DNA of 64,000 nt, from the NCBI RefSeq assembly GCF_006345805.1, contig NC_043004.1, forward strand, positions 26,784,001 through 26,848,000, read 5' to 3'. The notes beneath the pieces were generated by a model. That model saw only the letters and a list, made by a program, of their open reading frames with translations, was not told where the DNA came from and did not search any database. Below are positions 25,595 through 38,154 of this stretch, one piece after another. Positions within the stretch are counted from its first letter, which is position 1. Every line of letters starts with the position of its first letter. The translations under genes were made by a program, and so were the position numbers. Source of the stretch: Octopus sinensis (Eukaryota).

Positions 25595-25992
25595 TCTTTA
25601 TATATAAAAGTGATGTTGTGTGTCTGTCTCCTACGATTTAGATTCGTAACTACTCTCACATTTTGCGGTGCAGTTTAACCAAAAGCGGGTATCTTATAGT
25701 CGTGATTCATATTGAGCCCTTCTGGGTATTAGCGCGCGTCTACGATGAGTCTACGATTAAAAAAAAATTTACCATCATATTTTTCCATTTTAATGCATTT
25801 TCTTCCCTATTATATAAGGTAAGTAACTCTCTAAAAATATCTACGATAATCAACGATTTAAAAAAAAAATTTACCTTAATTTTTTTTTCCATTTTTAATG
25901 CATTTTTTTGCTATTTTTTGGCTATAACTCTCTAAAAATGCTTATATAGTTATTTCCCTTACAAACCCGAGCAACGCCGGGCGATACTGCTA

Positions 25993-25993
<1 letters not shown>
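25595..25993 (+). mobile_element. Non-autonomous Helitron
   Basis: Starts A|TCTTTATATATAAAAG; subterminal hairpin CCCG(A)GC-AAC-GCCGGG (25966-25981); ends CTAG|T; inserted between A and T. Confidence 0.75.
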
Positions 25994-26035
<42 letters not shown>

Positions 26036-26076
26036 ATACATACATATATATATATGATATACATACATACACACTC

Positions 26077-26107
<31 letters not shown>

Positions 26108-26108
26108 C

Positions 26109-26146
<38 letters not shown>

Positions 26147-26199
26147 AGATACATATGTATATATATATGTGTGCGTGTATATATATATATATGTAATAT

Positions 26200-26400
26200 A
26201 ATATGTGACAATTATTCGGTTGCCATAATAACTCCAAGTTTCGGATGTCAGGGCGGAACTTGCACCGGCATCTCTCCAGTTATCGAGGCAATTGAAATAA
26301 GCTATGAAAAATAGCTTACCTTAATTAATTGCCTCAATAACTGAAGAGATGCTGGTGCACGTTTCCGCCATGGGAGGAAAATGGTGAACAATAAATATAA
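26200..26400. mobile_element. Penelope pLTR-like module with 42-43-bp inverted arms and a nested 8-bp hairpin
   Basis: Arms 26252-26293 and 26327-26369; inner TAAGCTAT-GAAAA-ATAGCTTA; follows a (TA)n tract. Confidence 0.55.
26220..26291 (-). ncRNA. Extended type I hammerhead-like motif
   Basis: Minus: TTGCC-TCG-ATAA | CTGGAGA | GATG..CATC C | GAAA | CT-TGG-AG T T A | TTAT-GGCAA. The inverted partner arm keeps a canonical CTGAAGA (26341-26347). Confidence 0.45.
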
Positions 26401-26404
26401 TTTA

Positions 26405-27029
26405 AAATTTTTCAAGATAGGTGACAAAGTTTTTTTTTAAAACATATAGATATGGCAAAGAAAGCTGGGAGGACAGTGTAATTATTAAAGAAATTGGAAA
26501 AATGTAAAACTTGGTAAAAGTAAAAAAATTGGAACAAAAACATATAAACCAACTTAAAAAAAGATTTATGGAAGAAACGCTCATGAGAGATGAAATTCCC
26601 ATGGATGTTTTTTATGACTCATTTGAGGTACCAAACCCAAACCAATGAAACTACACATTCAAGTACCAGAAAAAAAGAAAGAACAAATACTGGAATTAGA
26701 CCCTAAGTGTAAAAGATATTAAACTCTGGACAGAATTTAATTCTCAAAAAGGGAAAAAAGTTATGGTAGGTTAATTCCATATGGAAGGGAGATGTTGTGG
26801 AAGGACTCTGACCACTTCCACATGACTGAAAGTGGACAGAATAGTTGATTGCAGAACAGTTAACAGCATTGATCATCCGTATTGGTTACTGAGTTAGTTT
26901 AATATCGTAACTACATGTGGAGTAGCGTGGAATGCGTTCTGTGTGAACATATTCTGTGAAAGGTTATTCTAGATCTAAATATTTGGGTAATACTATACTT
27001 GCACCTAACATGTACTTCGTGTCATAACA
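26405..27029 (+). mobile_element. Ty3/Gypsy 3' end: integrase C-terminal region, PPT and 3' LTR
   Basis: FKIGDKVFFKTYRYGKESWEDSVIIKEIGKM*NLVK..HINQLKKRF (GPY/F-module-like); purine tract GGAAGGGAGA (26783-26792); LTR TGTTG..TAACA (26793-27029). Confidence 0.7.
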
Positions 27030-28239
27030 ATTACAAACACTGTCATCTATCTTCTTTCACTTGCTTCAGTAACTGAACTGCAGCCATGCTAGGGTACCAC
27101 CTTGAAGGGTTTAGTTGAGCAAATTGACACTAGTTCTTATTTTTGAAGTCTCTCTTTTGAGAATAAATTAAGTCATTCATATTAATTATGCTACCCTACA
27201 AAACTTGATTGGTACTTTATTTTATCAATAAGGTAATGATGAAAGGCAAATTTGTGTGAACTGTATTTGAACTCAGGACATAAATAGATGTAATTAATAA
27301 CCATGAAGTATTGATGCCAACACTCTATCAATAGAAGGTAATAGAATCTACACATACTTTGTAATTATTATCAAATGTTAGCTGAATGTAGAAAGTGATG
27401 AACGAGTAATTCTATAGTTTCCTTTTCTGATTGACCATCAAAATAGCCGAAAGCTTGTTGGAACTCGCCATCTAGGACACTATCTGAGAACCCTGTGATA
27501 ATTGACTCATGGAAAAATCAGTTGAGGGTGTCATCTAATGATGTATCAGTACTCAAAATCTCAGCTGGAAGACAGTGAAGCTGTAACCGCTAAGAGTAAA
27601 GATGATAGCACAGGATATGTAGCACAATAATGTAAAGTGTAATTAATAATGATAATAAGAATGGAAAGAGACTAAACACTCAAGTAAATAATTACATTTC
27701 TTAGATATTCAAGTTTTGCAGTAAATATGTTCTTGTCATGGTTATTGATGTTGGTATTGCTAGTTTTAATTTTATAAAAGAGAATATATCATAGAATAGA
27801 AGCCTTGTGCCAAAGCAAGAGAAATTAATATACTTCAGAAACTGCACTTTTAACCTTGTCAAATTTCATTTTCCATTAAAAATTGTCGCCATAATAATAA
27901 CATACAATTGTGATTTCTTATTACTTGTAATGGGCATAAAGCAGGGAATTCTCTACAGGATAAAACTGTAGTCGGAATTTATGTCGAGAGAACATTAGGT
28001 ATCATAATAATTAAGATCATTTAATGGGTAAAAAATCTGACAGAAAATCACCAATAAACATGTCTGTTAGTTGCAAATCCCTGTGATATGATGTGAATTA
28101 GTGATATGAATCTGATCAACCTAACTCAGCTGATATTTCTATTACTGCTTCTCACAATATGGCTGATGGGGAGCAATAAAATCTATAATCACCAGTATAT
28201 GGAACGTGTTAATGTTAATGTTTGGCCTAACATTATTGT

Positions 28240-29030
28240 GTCTGAACGTGTCAAAGTGCTGTCATCTGCCTGTCGGCTCTACTCCTGCAACTCAACTTGA
28301 TTTCGAGCCGGGTCGTCTGCTGCTGGAGAGGACCGATCAGGTAAAGGACCTGGGTATCTTGGTGGTTTCCTCCTTTTCACCTTCGGCCCAGTGCATCCAT
28401 GCTGCCAACAAAGCACGCGGAATTCTGTTCTTGATTCGACGGTCATTCGGAATGCTCACAGCAGCCATATTCCTACCACTCTATGTCACGCTGGTGAGAC
28501 CCATATTGGAGTATGGGATTCAAGCCTCTTCTCCTTATCTCCTCAAAGACATACAGCATCTCGAAAGAGTCCAGAAGCTGGCTACCCGCATGGTTCATGG
28601 TCTCAAAAATTTGTCCTACGAAGAAAGGCTGAGGACGCTCGACCTTTATTCTCTTGAAAAACGCCGCCGCCGTGGTGATCTCATTCTCACCCACAACATC
28701 ATAAGCGGAAAGTGTAACTTCTCGAAAGAGCTGTTCTTCACTCCTGCTCCAGAGCGTCAGCTGCGGGGTCATTCCGAAAAGCTCTACCTGCGACGATTTC
28801 ATCTCAATCGAAGGAGAGGAGCTTTCTCCGTCCGGGTTGCGGATCTGTGGAACAAGCTGCCAGATGAGATGGTAAAGATGCCGACGACCGCTTTGTTCAA
28901 AGCCTCCCTGGACCTCAAGTGGCCTGAACTCTTTACATGAACACCACCCTGTACTTAACTCCATGTCCCCCTACATGGCCTTGCTATTTGCTTTTGAGCC
29001 AAATTAACTAACTAACTAACTAACTAACTA
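28240..29030 (+). mobile_element. CR1-clade LINE, 5'-truncated (RT C-terminal region, 3'UTR, (TAAC)n tail)
   Basis: Stop-free LNVSKC..VKDLG..LYVTLVRPILEYG..LERVQKLATRMV..LSYEERL..LEKRRRRGDLI..LRGH..FSVRV..WNKLP to 28940; (TAAC)n tail at about 29005-29030. Confidence 0.92.
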
Positions 29031-29400
29031 AAGGGAAATTTTGACAGGATATCAATGTATTGGTCAAGATAGTTATTTCTTCCTTTTGGTGGGGGTGAAA
29101 TTTGATTTATTCTTTACTTGGGATTCATTAATCTCATTACTTTTATTAGTGAAGAATTCTGTAACTTACGACAGAATTTTGGGATATCCTCCTTTAGTTC
29201 TTGGTGGTTGACTGTTGATGTAAGTATACATTTCAGTCCTTTTGACAGAAGTTGGATTTCGTCATTGTCAAGATCTCTTTTGAATAAATTAATGATTTTA
29301 AGATCTATACGTTCAATTGTTTTGGGTATGTTTCCTCTTGGATTTTTCTTTCTCTGGTATTTGTTGTCCTGATGTTAAAAATGGATTTTTCTCTGTTTAT
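29031..29400 (-). mobile_element. Penelope-like ORF N-terminal domain remnant
   Basis: Minus: KIINLFKRDLDNDEIQLLSKGLK..ELKEDIPKFCRKL..EFF..VKNKSNFTP..YLDQYIDIL, matching the PLE INLS..L..E..LL.KGL.F motif. Confidence 0.6.
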
Positions 29401-29989
29401 GACTTATGTTCCTGTTTTGGTTGTGGTATTTTACTCAGTTTTGTTGTTTTCTGTCCTAACAGAACTAACAGAATTTTTGTTCAACCAAAAATATTTATCT
29501 CTACTTATAGAAAATGTCATACAGTAGGCTATAAAAATCCCCATACAACAGCTGAGGACAAACTAAAGAAGAGGAAAACAGTCATACTATTTATAGTGAG
29601 ACACAGCCCATGTCAGCAGAATATCTTCAACGTTGCCAGAGCAAACCTACCAATCATTGCTCAGAGTGATGAATTGAAAGATATAATCACAGATTGAGTA
29701 ATTATTACTTCCAAGGTTTTGTCAGCTAGGAAACATATATAGCCTGGGTCATGCCTGTTCCATTCACTCAATCGGTTTGGATATATATATGTGTGTGTGT
29801 GTGTATACACGTGCACACAAAAGCACACACATGCACACACACATGCATGCAGACACACACACATATACACGCACACACACACAGAGGAGATGACAAAGGA
29901 CCAAGATATGTGGCACATTGCTGTTCTCAAGAAGACCTGCCCACCACAACAGAATTGATATCCTAAAACCAAGGTGCCATGTTTAAAGC

Positions 29990-31505
29990 ATTCATGTCAG
30001 TGTTACTGCCACGTAAAAAGCACTGGCACTGGTGTCACATAAAAAGCATCCATTCCAAGTTGTTGGTGATGGGAAGGACAGCCAGCTGTATGAGGTGGTA
30101 TCAAAAGGTTCCTAGACTAGTTCTGTAGTGTGCCAACAGATGGCAGCACACGATTGCACGCACAGTGAGAGTTAGCAGTGACCTTCATGAGGCAGTGTGC
30201 AGTGACATTGCTGTGTTTACTTCACATCTTGTGAAATCTGTGTTTTTGTGATTACACATATTTTATCATGGATAGGAAGTTGGAACAAAGTGCCAACATG
30301 AAATTTTGTATTAAACTTGGGAAGTCTGCTACAAAGCCATTGAGCACACTTCAGCAAGCTTACAGCGACAACACAATGGGTTACATGCAATGGGTACTTC
30401 AAAAGTGGAAGAGCATCCCTGGAAGACGAAGAGCAATCTGGAAGACCTGCCTCGAGCATCACCATCGGAAATGTGGAGAAAATTCATCAGCTTGTGCATG
30501 AGGATCATTGAAGGACAGTCAGTGACATTGCTGATGTCATTGGTCTGTTGTATGGTTCCATGCAGGCAATCCTAACATCTGAACTGAATATGCGATATGT
30601 CCTTGCTAAGTTTGTCTCCCGCATGCTGACCACTGAGCAGAAAGAACATCATGTTGAAGTTTGTCAAGATCTCTGTCAGCATGCCACTGATAAACTATCC
30701 TACATATTGAGGATCTTCATCGGTGACAAGAGTTGGGTTAACAAGTATGACCCTGAGGCAAAGCAGCAGTCATCACAATGGAAGAGCCCTTCATTTTCAC
30801 AACTGAAGAAAGCACAACAGACCCATCGCTCAATCAAGAGCATGCTCATAATTTTTTTCGACATCTGTGGCATTGGGCCCCAAGAATTCATCCCCTCAGG
30901 GCCAGACTGTCAATCAAGAGTTCTACTGTGGCATTTTAAAGCATTTGAGGGAGGACATGCAGTGAAAGTGATTAGATCTGTAGAGTGTGAAGAATTGGAT
31001 TCTTCATGACAACAATGCACCGTGTTACTAAGCTCTCCTCACTCATGAGTTTCTCACCCAAAACAACATGGTATTGCTTCCGCATGCACCCTATTCACCA
31101 GATCTAGCACCTGTGGACTTGCACTGCTTCTCCAAGATGAAAATACAGTTCAAAGGTCACTGTTTTAACACCATTGTTGAGATCCAGACTGAATTGCAGA
31201 AGGTCCTTGACTTGCTTACAAAAAACAACTTCCAGGACAGATTCCAAAAGTGGCAGGGACGCTGAGACCAATATATTGCTGTGCAAGGTAACTATTTTGA
31301 AGGTGATGATGATGTTAAAACTTATGTAAATAAGCAATTTTTTATAAAATATAACTAGTCCTGGAATTTTTTGATATTCCTTCATAGAAACCAAACCAAA
31401 AGAAACTATGAAACCTGATGTCACCCTGGCTTTGCTAGTTCCTGTCAAGTTGTCCAACCCATGCCAGCATGGAAAATAAATGTTAAAATATGATGATGAT
31501 GATGA
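29990..31505 (+). mobile_element. RTE-tailed repeat (family 3) split by a mariner insertion
   Basis: ..GGGAAGGACAGCCAGCTG|TA (30089-30090), then after the mariner TA|GAAACC..CCAACCCATGCCAGCATGGAAAA..(GAT)n. Confidence 0.75.
30091..31384 (+). mobile_element. Full-length degenerate mariner element with TIRs and TA TSD
   Basis: TIR TGAGGTGGTATCAAAAGGTTCCTAGACTAGTT vs reverse complement TGAAGGAATATCAAAAAATTCCAGGACTAGTT. Transposase from 30268: MKFCIKLGKSA, FVSRMLT, IGDKSWV..YDPE.KQQS.QW, HDNNAP, HAPYSPDLAPVD. Frameshifted. Confidence 0.92.
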
Positions 31506-31509
31506 TCTG

Positions 31510-31855
31510 CTCCCTCACTCCCCTTCTCTCTCTCTCCCCCTCTCCCTCTATCCTCCCCCCTTTCTCCCCTCCTCCCTCTCCTTCCTTCTCCCCCTTCTCT
31601 CCCCTCCTCTTCTCCTCTCCTTCCTTCTCCCCCTCCCCCCTCCTCTTCTCCCCTTTCCTTCTCCCCATCCCCTCCCCCTCATCTCATCTCCCCCTCCTCT
31701 CTCTCCCCCCTCATCTCTCCTCTCTCTCCCCCTTACCTCCCCTTCTTCCCTCTTCCCTCATCTCCTCTCTCTACACTACACCATACGACTTTACACATCA
31801 CCCCTCTTCCCCTCATCTCCTCTCTCTACACTACACCATACGACTTTACACATCA
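31510..31855. repeat. Polypyrimidine (C/T) tract with a 45-bp direct repeat
   Basis: Almost pure C/T over 31510-31770; repeat at 31756-31800 and 31811-31855. Confidence 0.9.
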
Positions 31856-31859
31856 CATC

Positions 31860-32215
31860 ATATATACATACACACGTCCAGACCTCTCATACATACTAAT
31901 ACTCTCTCATACACACACACTCTCTTATGTTGGGGCGAGGTCATTTAACCCTATTATCTACCCTAATTTCGCTCTTGCGTCTCACGTTTGATCTTTGACT
32001 TCTGGCCGAAATCAGATCGCCATGTTGATTCGCTAGCCTCTGCACGCATTTTTTTTCTCTCCTTCTTTCTGTGTATCTTTCTGTTGAAGAGCGTAGGCTC
32101 GAAACGTTAAAGACTTGTTTTATTTATATTCCTGAGCGCCATACTAATACAATTGTTTGTTTGTATTCCACCTGCCTTCGTCTTTTGTTTATTTTCATAA
32201 AGCTTCCCGTTATAT
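31860..32215 (+). mobile_element. Longer copy of Penelope pLTR-like family A
   Basis: 3' 175 bp homologous to 11908-12087; CpG-rich upstream extension; ends in (TA)n. Confidence 0.6.
32076..32113 (+). ncRNA. Minimal type I hammerhead-like motif, non-canonical core (second family A copy)
   Basis: TCTTT | CTGTTGA A | GAGC-GTAG-GCTC | GAAA CG T T | AAAGA. Confidence 0.45.
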
Positions 32216-32230
32216 ATATATGTGTGTGTG

Positions 32231-32284
<54 letters not shown>

Positions 32285-32444
32285 TATATTAAATTAGAGA
32301 TAAAACCACTACTAGGCAAATCAAATATTAATACTAATATTAAATATTATATTAATATAATATAATATATTTATACTATAAAATTGGATTTAATCCTAAA
32401 TCTCATTTTTTCCCTGTAAGTTTGGATTTATTCCCTAATATTAT

Positions 32445-32479
<35 letters not shown>

Positions 32480-33619
32480 TATATATAGATATATATAGAT
32501 ATATATGAATTTATACATGTGTCTGTGTATGTTTGTGAGTACATATGTGTTTGTGTGTGTGCGTGCATGTGTATGCGTGTGTCTGTTTATGTGTGCATAT
32601 GTGTGTCTGTGTGTTTATTTGGAACCTTGTAATAGACGAAAGCTAAAGTGATGCTAAATATGATTATGCTTACAAGTTAATGACCCAAAAATGTGTTCTG
32701 CATGAATAAAGAATACATTTTAAAGAATTAAGCAGACATTTTAAAGTTGTTTAGAATTTTGTAAGAATGTGTGATTTTAACTATTCATGTCACTTTAAAC
32801 AATGTAATTGATGGATGTGGTGATTTAAGGATATTCTTCAGTCCTTCTAAATGCCCCCAGTATCTCCATTATAATTACACATGAGGCAGCAAAGTGGATT
32901 CTATATAAATAGCTACTGAATCTAGTAAGAAGTGAATATGGTATTATTTTCAGTTAGCTTCACATGATATGACTAGTGTTATATCTGGCTAATATCCCAT
33001 TACTTCAGCATCTCATGGTCAATCACCATGAAATCTGTTTATCACAATTGAGGTCTCCCTTTCACAACAAGATATCATTGTTCAACTGTTGATGTTTTCT
33101 CTGTCTAATCAAAGTTGAACACAACCAATTGAAAAACATGTCAGATACAACAAAGAAATTATTGTTTTTTTATCCAAATAGTTAACTTCCATGATGTGTG
33201 TGTGTGTGTGTGTGTGTTTGTGTGTGTGTATGTGTGTGTGTGTTTGTGTGTGTGTGTGATCAGATTCTTCAATTTCCAGCTCAGTTATCAAACAAATACA
33301 ATAAACTCACAGATTTGTTCAAGTTACCTGAATGAACAGGTACCACACTAGAAAATTATCCATGCAGGTGTACATGTAGATGTAAATATAGGCTGATTCA
33401 TATGCACGGACGCACACACACACACGTTGTATCAATTACCATATTATCAATAAATATTTCTTTATCAATAAATATTTCTTATGTTTTTCAGAAACAGACC
33501 TGAAACACGCATCATATCATCACACAAATAAAATAACTCACAATTTGTGTCAATGTGCTGGATACTTGAAGGGATGTAAATATATGCAATGGATCAGGAT
33601 GTGTATTATGTGTACACAT

Positions 33620-34016
33620 AGGCGCAGGAGTGGCTGTGTGGTAAGTAGCTTGCTTACCAGCCACATGGTTCCGGGTTCAGTCCCACTGCGTGGCACCTTG
33701 GGCAAGTGTCTTCTACTATAGCCCTGGGCTGACCAAAGCCTTGTGAGTGGATTTGGTAGACGGAAACTGAAAGAAGCCCATCGTATATATGTATATATAT
33801 ATGTGTATGCGTGTGAGTTTGTGTGTCTGTGTTTGTCCCCCTAGCATTGCTTGACAACCAATGCTGGTGTGTTTATGGAGGTTCGGCAAAAGAGACCGAT
33901 AGAATAAGTACTGGGCTTACAAAGAATAAGTTCCGGGGTCGAGTTGCTCGACTAAAGGCAGTGCTCCAGCATGGCCACAGTCAAATGACTGAAACAAGAA
34001 AAATAAAAAATAAAAA
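33620..34016 (+). mobile_element. SINE family 1 with small internal deletion
   Basis: Homology to other copies. Confidence 0.85.
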
Positions 34017-34449
34017 TATACATATGTAGCATCACAAATGGACAGAGCAATTGCTACATTCTGTGATCATAAGTTCAGCACAAGTTGTATTTTATGAGTT
34101 TGTGCACTTTATTCCAAACTACCAGTGTCACCTCTGTAATGGTGACTACCATAAATGTATGGTATAATTTTCAATGGCTCATATTGGCAATTATAACAAT
34201 TTGCATTTAGGTCTCTTTATATGTATGTGTATGTATACGCGTGCGTGCACACGTGTGTGTGTGTGGTGTGTGTGTGTGTGTGTACATAATGCTGAAGGTG
34301 TGTGGTTTGATGTTTTCTTTCCTTTCCTTGTTCTTAATTGCTTTTAACTTCTTTTGACTTCTCTTATTCAATTACAGTGTTTCATCCTCCTCCTTCACCT
34401 TCCCAACATCTCATACTGATGGTGCTACCGTCTTGTCTTACTATACTAT

Positions 34450-34862
34450 ACTTAGTGGTCATTAGAGTGTTTGGATCACAATCATAAGGTTGTGAGTTTG
34501 ATACCCTGCAGCATGTATCCTTGAGCAAGGCACTTCATTTCACGTTGCACCAGTTCACTCAGCTGGCAAAAATGAGTTGTCCCTGTATTTTAAAGGGCCA
34601 GACTTGTCACATCTTGTGTCACGCTGAATCATTGAGAACTACGTTAAGAGTACACATGTCTGTGGAGTGCTCAGCCACCTGCTCATTAATTTCATGAACA
34701 GGCGCAGGAGTGGCTGTGTGGTAAGTAGCTTGCTAACCAACCACATGGTTCCGGGTTCAGTTCCACTGCATGGCATCTTGGGCAAGTGTCTTCTGCTATA
34801 GCCTCAGGCCGACCAAAGCCTTGTGAGTGGATTTGGTAGATGGAAACTGAAAGAAGCCTGTC

Positions 34863-34906
<44 letters not shown>

Positions 34907-35172
34907 ATATGTTTGTGTGTCTGTGTTTGTCCCTCTAGCATTGCTTGACAACCGAGGCTGGTGTGTTTACGTCCCTGTCACTTAGCAGTTCGGCAAAAGA
35001 GACCGATAGAATAAGTACTGGGCTTACAAAGAATAAGTCCTGGGGTCGATTTGCTCAACTAAAGGCAGTGCTTCAGCATGGCCGCAGTCAAATGACTGAA
35101 ACAAGTAGAAGAGTAGGCAGTTCTATGGATTGGATCAACTGGAACTCGTGTTGTTGTTACTAATGGAGTGCC
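34450..35172 (+). mobile_element. Different tRNA-like SINE (TCCTTGAGCAAGGCACTT core) interrupted by a SINE family 1 copy (34700-35114)
   Basis: Head TTAGTGGTCATTAGAGTG..GTGAGTTTGATACC; sequence appears to resume after the family 1 tail (GCAGTTCTATGGATTGGATCAACTGGAAC). Confidence 0.65.
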
Positions 35173-35430
35173 AAGTAAAACAAGTAAGAATGTGTGTGTG
35201 TGTGTTTATGGATGTATGTATCTGTATATACAGTTAAAAGGAAAGATTATATTGGTTACATTAAACACAGTATTTGATTAGGCTTTTTTTTTTTATCAAT
35301 CTCAGGATGAAAGACATAGTTGATCTCAGTGGAATTCGAACTCAGAGTGTAAAGAGCTGGGGGAAAATGCTGCAATATATTCTGACAATTCTACTACCAT
35401 GCTGCATTTGATAATGGACAACAATGATGA

Positions 35431-35696
35431 GTTAGTTAGTTAGTTAGTTAATTTTTGGCTCAAAAAGCAAAAAGCAAGGTCATGTAGGGGGACATGGAGT
35501 TGTGTACAGGGTGGTGTTCATGTAAAGAGTTCAGGCCACTTGTGGTCAAGGGAGACTTTGAACTGAGCGGTCGTCGGCATCTTCACCATCTCGTCCAGCA
35601 GCTTATTCCACGGATCTGCAACCCGGACAGAGAAAGCCCCTCTACTTCAAATGAGATGAAATCGTCGCAGAAAGAGCTTTTCAAAGTGACCCTGCA
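35431..35696 (-). mobile_element. CR1-clade LINE, short 5'-truncated copy of the 28240-29030 family
   Basis: Reverse complement of the (TAAC)n tail, 3'UTR and last codons of that ORF. Confidence 0.9.
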
Positions 35697-36000
35697 TTGA
35701 AGGAAAGGATTTAAAAAACAAAATTATAAAATTAAACAATTAAAAACGTGTGTGTGTGTGTGTGTGTGCGTGTGTGTGTGTGTATAATAGATAGATAGTA
35801 GAAGAAAGGGAGAGCTAGTGAAAATAAAAATTTAAGAAATAAAGGTGAGAGCCAGCATGTATTTTCATGAGAAAGAGAGAAAGAGAGAGGAGGGAAGAGA
35901 GAAAGTGAGAGAGAGAGAGAGATTAAAAGACATTCCAATACAGAGTAAAATAGTAATGTATGTATACACACACATATATAAATATATGTGTATGTATGCA

Positions 36001-36093
36001 TGAAGCCGTAATGCCATGATGGACCGTGAAGTCTGGCGTAGCATGGTAAATTCCATTGTCTCGACCACGGTCGAACAATGATGATGATGATGA
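36001..36093 (+). mobile_element. Extreme 3' end of a second RTE-like LINE
   Basis: AMMDREVWRSMVNSIVSTTVEQ** running into a (TGA)n tail. Confidence 0.6.
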
Positions 36094-36433
36094 ATTTATA
36101 CATGTATGTATATACATATAGATATGTATATACATATACATATCGATATGTGCATATGTGTGTGTTTATGAATGTATGTATGACTGTATGACTGGATGGA
36201 GAGATGCACCATTGGTGACGTCCTGTTTCAAAGATGGGAGAGTGCAAGAGAAGGTGGTATGTGTGGGTATGTGCATGTGTGCAGGTCTGTGTGTGTGTGT
36301 GTAATGATAGCACGTGTGTAAGTGTGTGTGTGTGGCTATATATTCATACATACATACATATATATATACATAAATACATACATACATACATACATATACA
36401 TATATATATGCATATATATATATATTAATTATT

Positions 36434-36475
<42 letters not shown>

Positions 36476-37655
36476 AATGTGTATTCATATTTATTTGTAT
36501 TTGAATGTGTGTGTGTGTGTGTGTGTGCATGCACATTCAGGAATATATTCCTAATTGAAAGCTAAAAGAAGCACAGTTGCAATAAGGATCTAGGTCATAT
36601 ATCAGCATATATACATATGTATATATATATATATGAGTGTGTGTGTGCGTGAATGTTTGCATGTATGTATATTTCTGTATGCATCATATCTAATTCCATA
36701 AAAATTCTAAGGTGTGTGTGCCTGTGTGTGTGTGTGTGTGCGCACGTGTGCACATCTGTGTGCCCACATGGGACTGTTTGTGTATGCGTCATTTGGCAGG
36801 CTCCCATCATCCATCATTGTAATGATAAATACATTTCTGGCACACATGGATGTCACTTAATTAGTGTATTACTTTGAATTTCCAATAACATCAAGGAAAT
36901 GGTAAAGATCAAATCATTTTGAAACCAGATAAATATATTGAATTGCATTGGAGGGTAAAAACAGAAGGATATGATATATATATATATATATATATGAAGA
37001 GAGAGAGAGACGGGGGGGACAGATGGCATGAGCTCTGGAGAGATGAGACAGGGCGAGTTAAAGTGACTTTTGACCTTTTCTCTCTCACATACCAGCCAAG
37101 TTCAAACACAAGTAAAACATGCTAATGAGAATTGTAAGCTAGAAATGTCATTCAGATATTGAAAATTAATCCAGGATTTGAATTCAGAATGGAGGAAAAT
37201 GAGTTGCTGTTGTTGATTTATATTGAAGAGGTTTTGAACTGTAATAACCTATCTGTTTCTATTGATCTATTTTACTGATATTGGTTTCATAGATTCTAAG
37301 TAAAAACAAGAAATCAGAGGACAAGAAAATGTGGTTGAAATGATATTCATCAATATATTTGATTACAATGTCATGTTATTGTATGTTATGTACATTATTG
37401 CATTATGTTGTTTTACATTTTTGTGTGATAATGTATGTGAAATGATATCTTACTAGATGTTTGCATTATGTTGTTTTATATCATGTTATGGTATGCAATA
37501 TATATTATATATTATTACTATATCGTGTTACGATATGAAATATGTATCATATTCCACACATTTCGACCAATCCACCCCAGTACTTTTTATTGACCCTGAA
37601 AGGATGAAGGGCAAAGTTGATCCTGGCAGGATTCGAACCCAGAGCATACCATAAT

Positions 37656-38154
37656 TACATGGAAAAATGTGGGCATGAAAAGTAATATTCTTAAGATTAT
37701 AAACCTGGAAAAGTACAGGACAAGTTATTACACTTGTAAAAGTATAGGACAAACTATTACTTCATGTAAAGTAAAGAATAAGAAACTTTTTACTTAAAAT
37801 ATTGCAGCAAAGAATGCCAGTTCTTCTAATTTATCACTCTTTATATTTCTCATCTTTTAAATTTATTGTACAAAACTGTTAAGCTAATTTGTAAGTTTGT
37901 CTAATTAGTCACTTTTTTCTGTATTTAAGGTAGTAAATTAGCCAAATTCTACTTAAATAAGTATAGTGTTATTTGTAAACTACAATAAAATATTTTTTAA
38001 TATTCAAATTTTAATTTTAGCTGCAATATTTAAAGTAAAAACTTTCTTATTCTTTACTTTACTTGAAGTAATAATTTGTCCTATTCTTTTACAGGTGTAA
38101 TAACTTGTCCTAATCTTAAGAATATTACTTTTCATGCTCGCATTTTTCCATGTA
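37656..38154. mobile_element. Foldback-type MITE with long TIRs (about 130-150 bp) and TA flanks
   Basis: TA|CATGGAAAAATG..GCATGAAAAGTAATATTCTTAAGATTA vs its reverse complement ending ..CATTTTTCCATG|TA; arms about 37658-37808 and 38020-38152. Confidence 0.8.

Noticed and set aside
28473-28964. 163-aa minus ORF
   Set aside because: Antisense shadow of the CR1 ORF.
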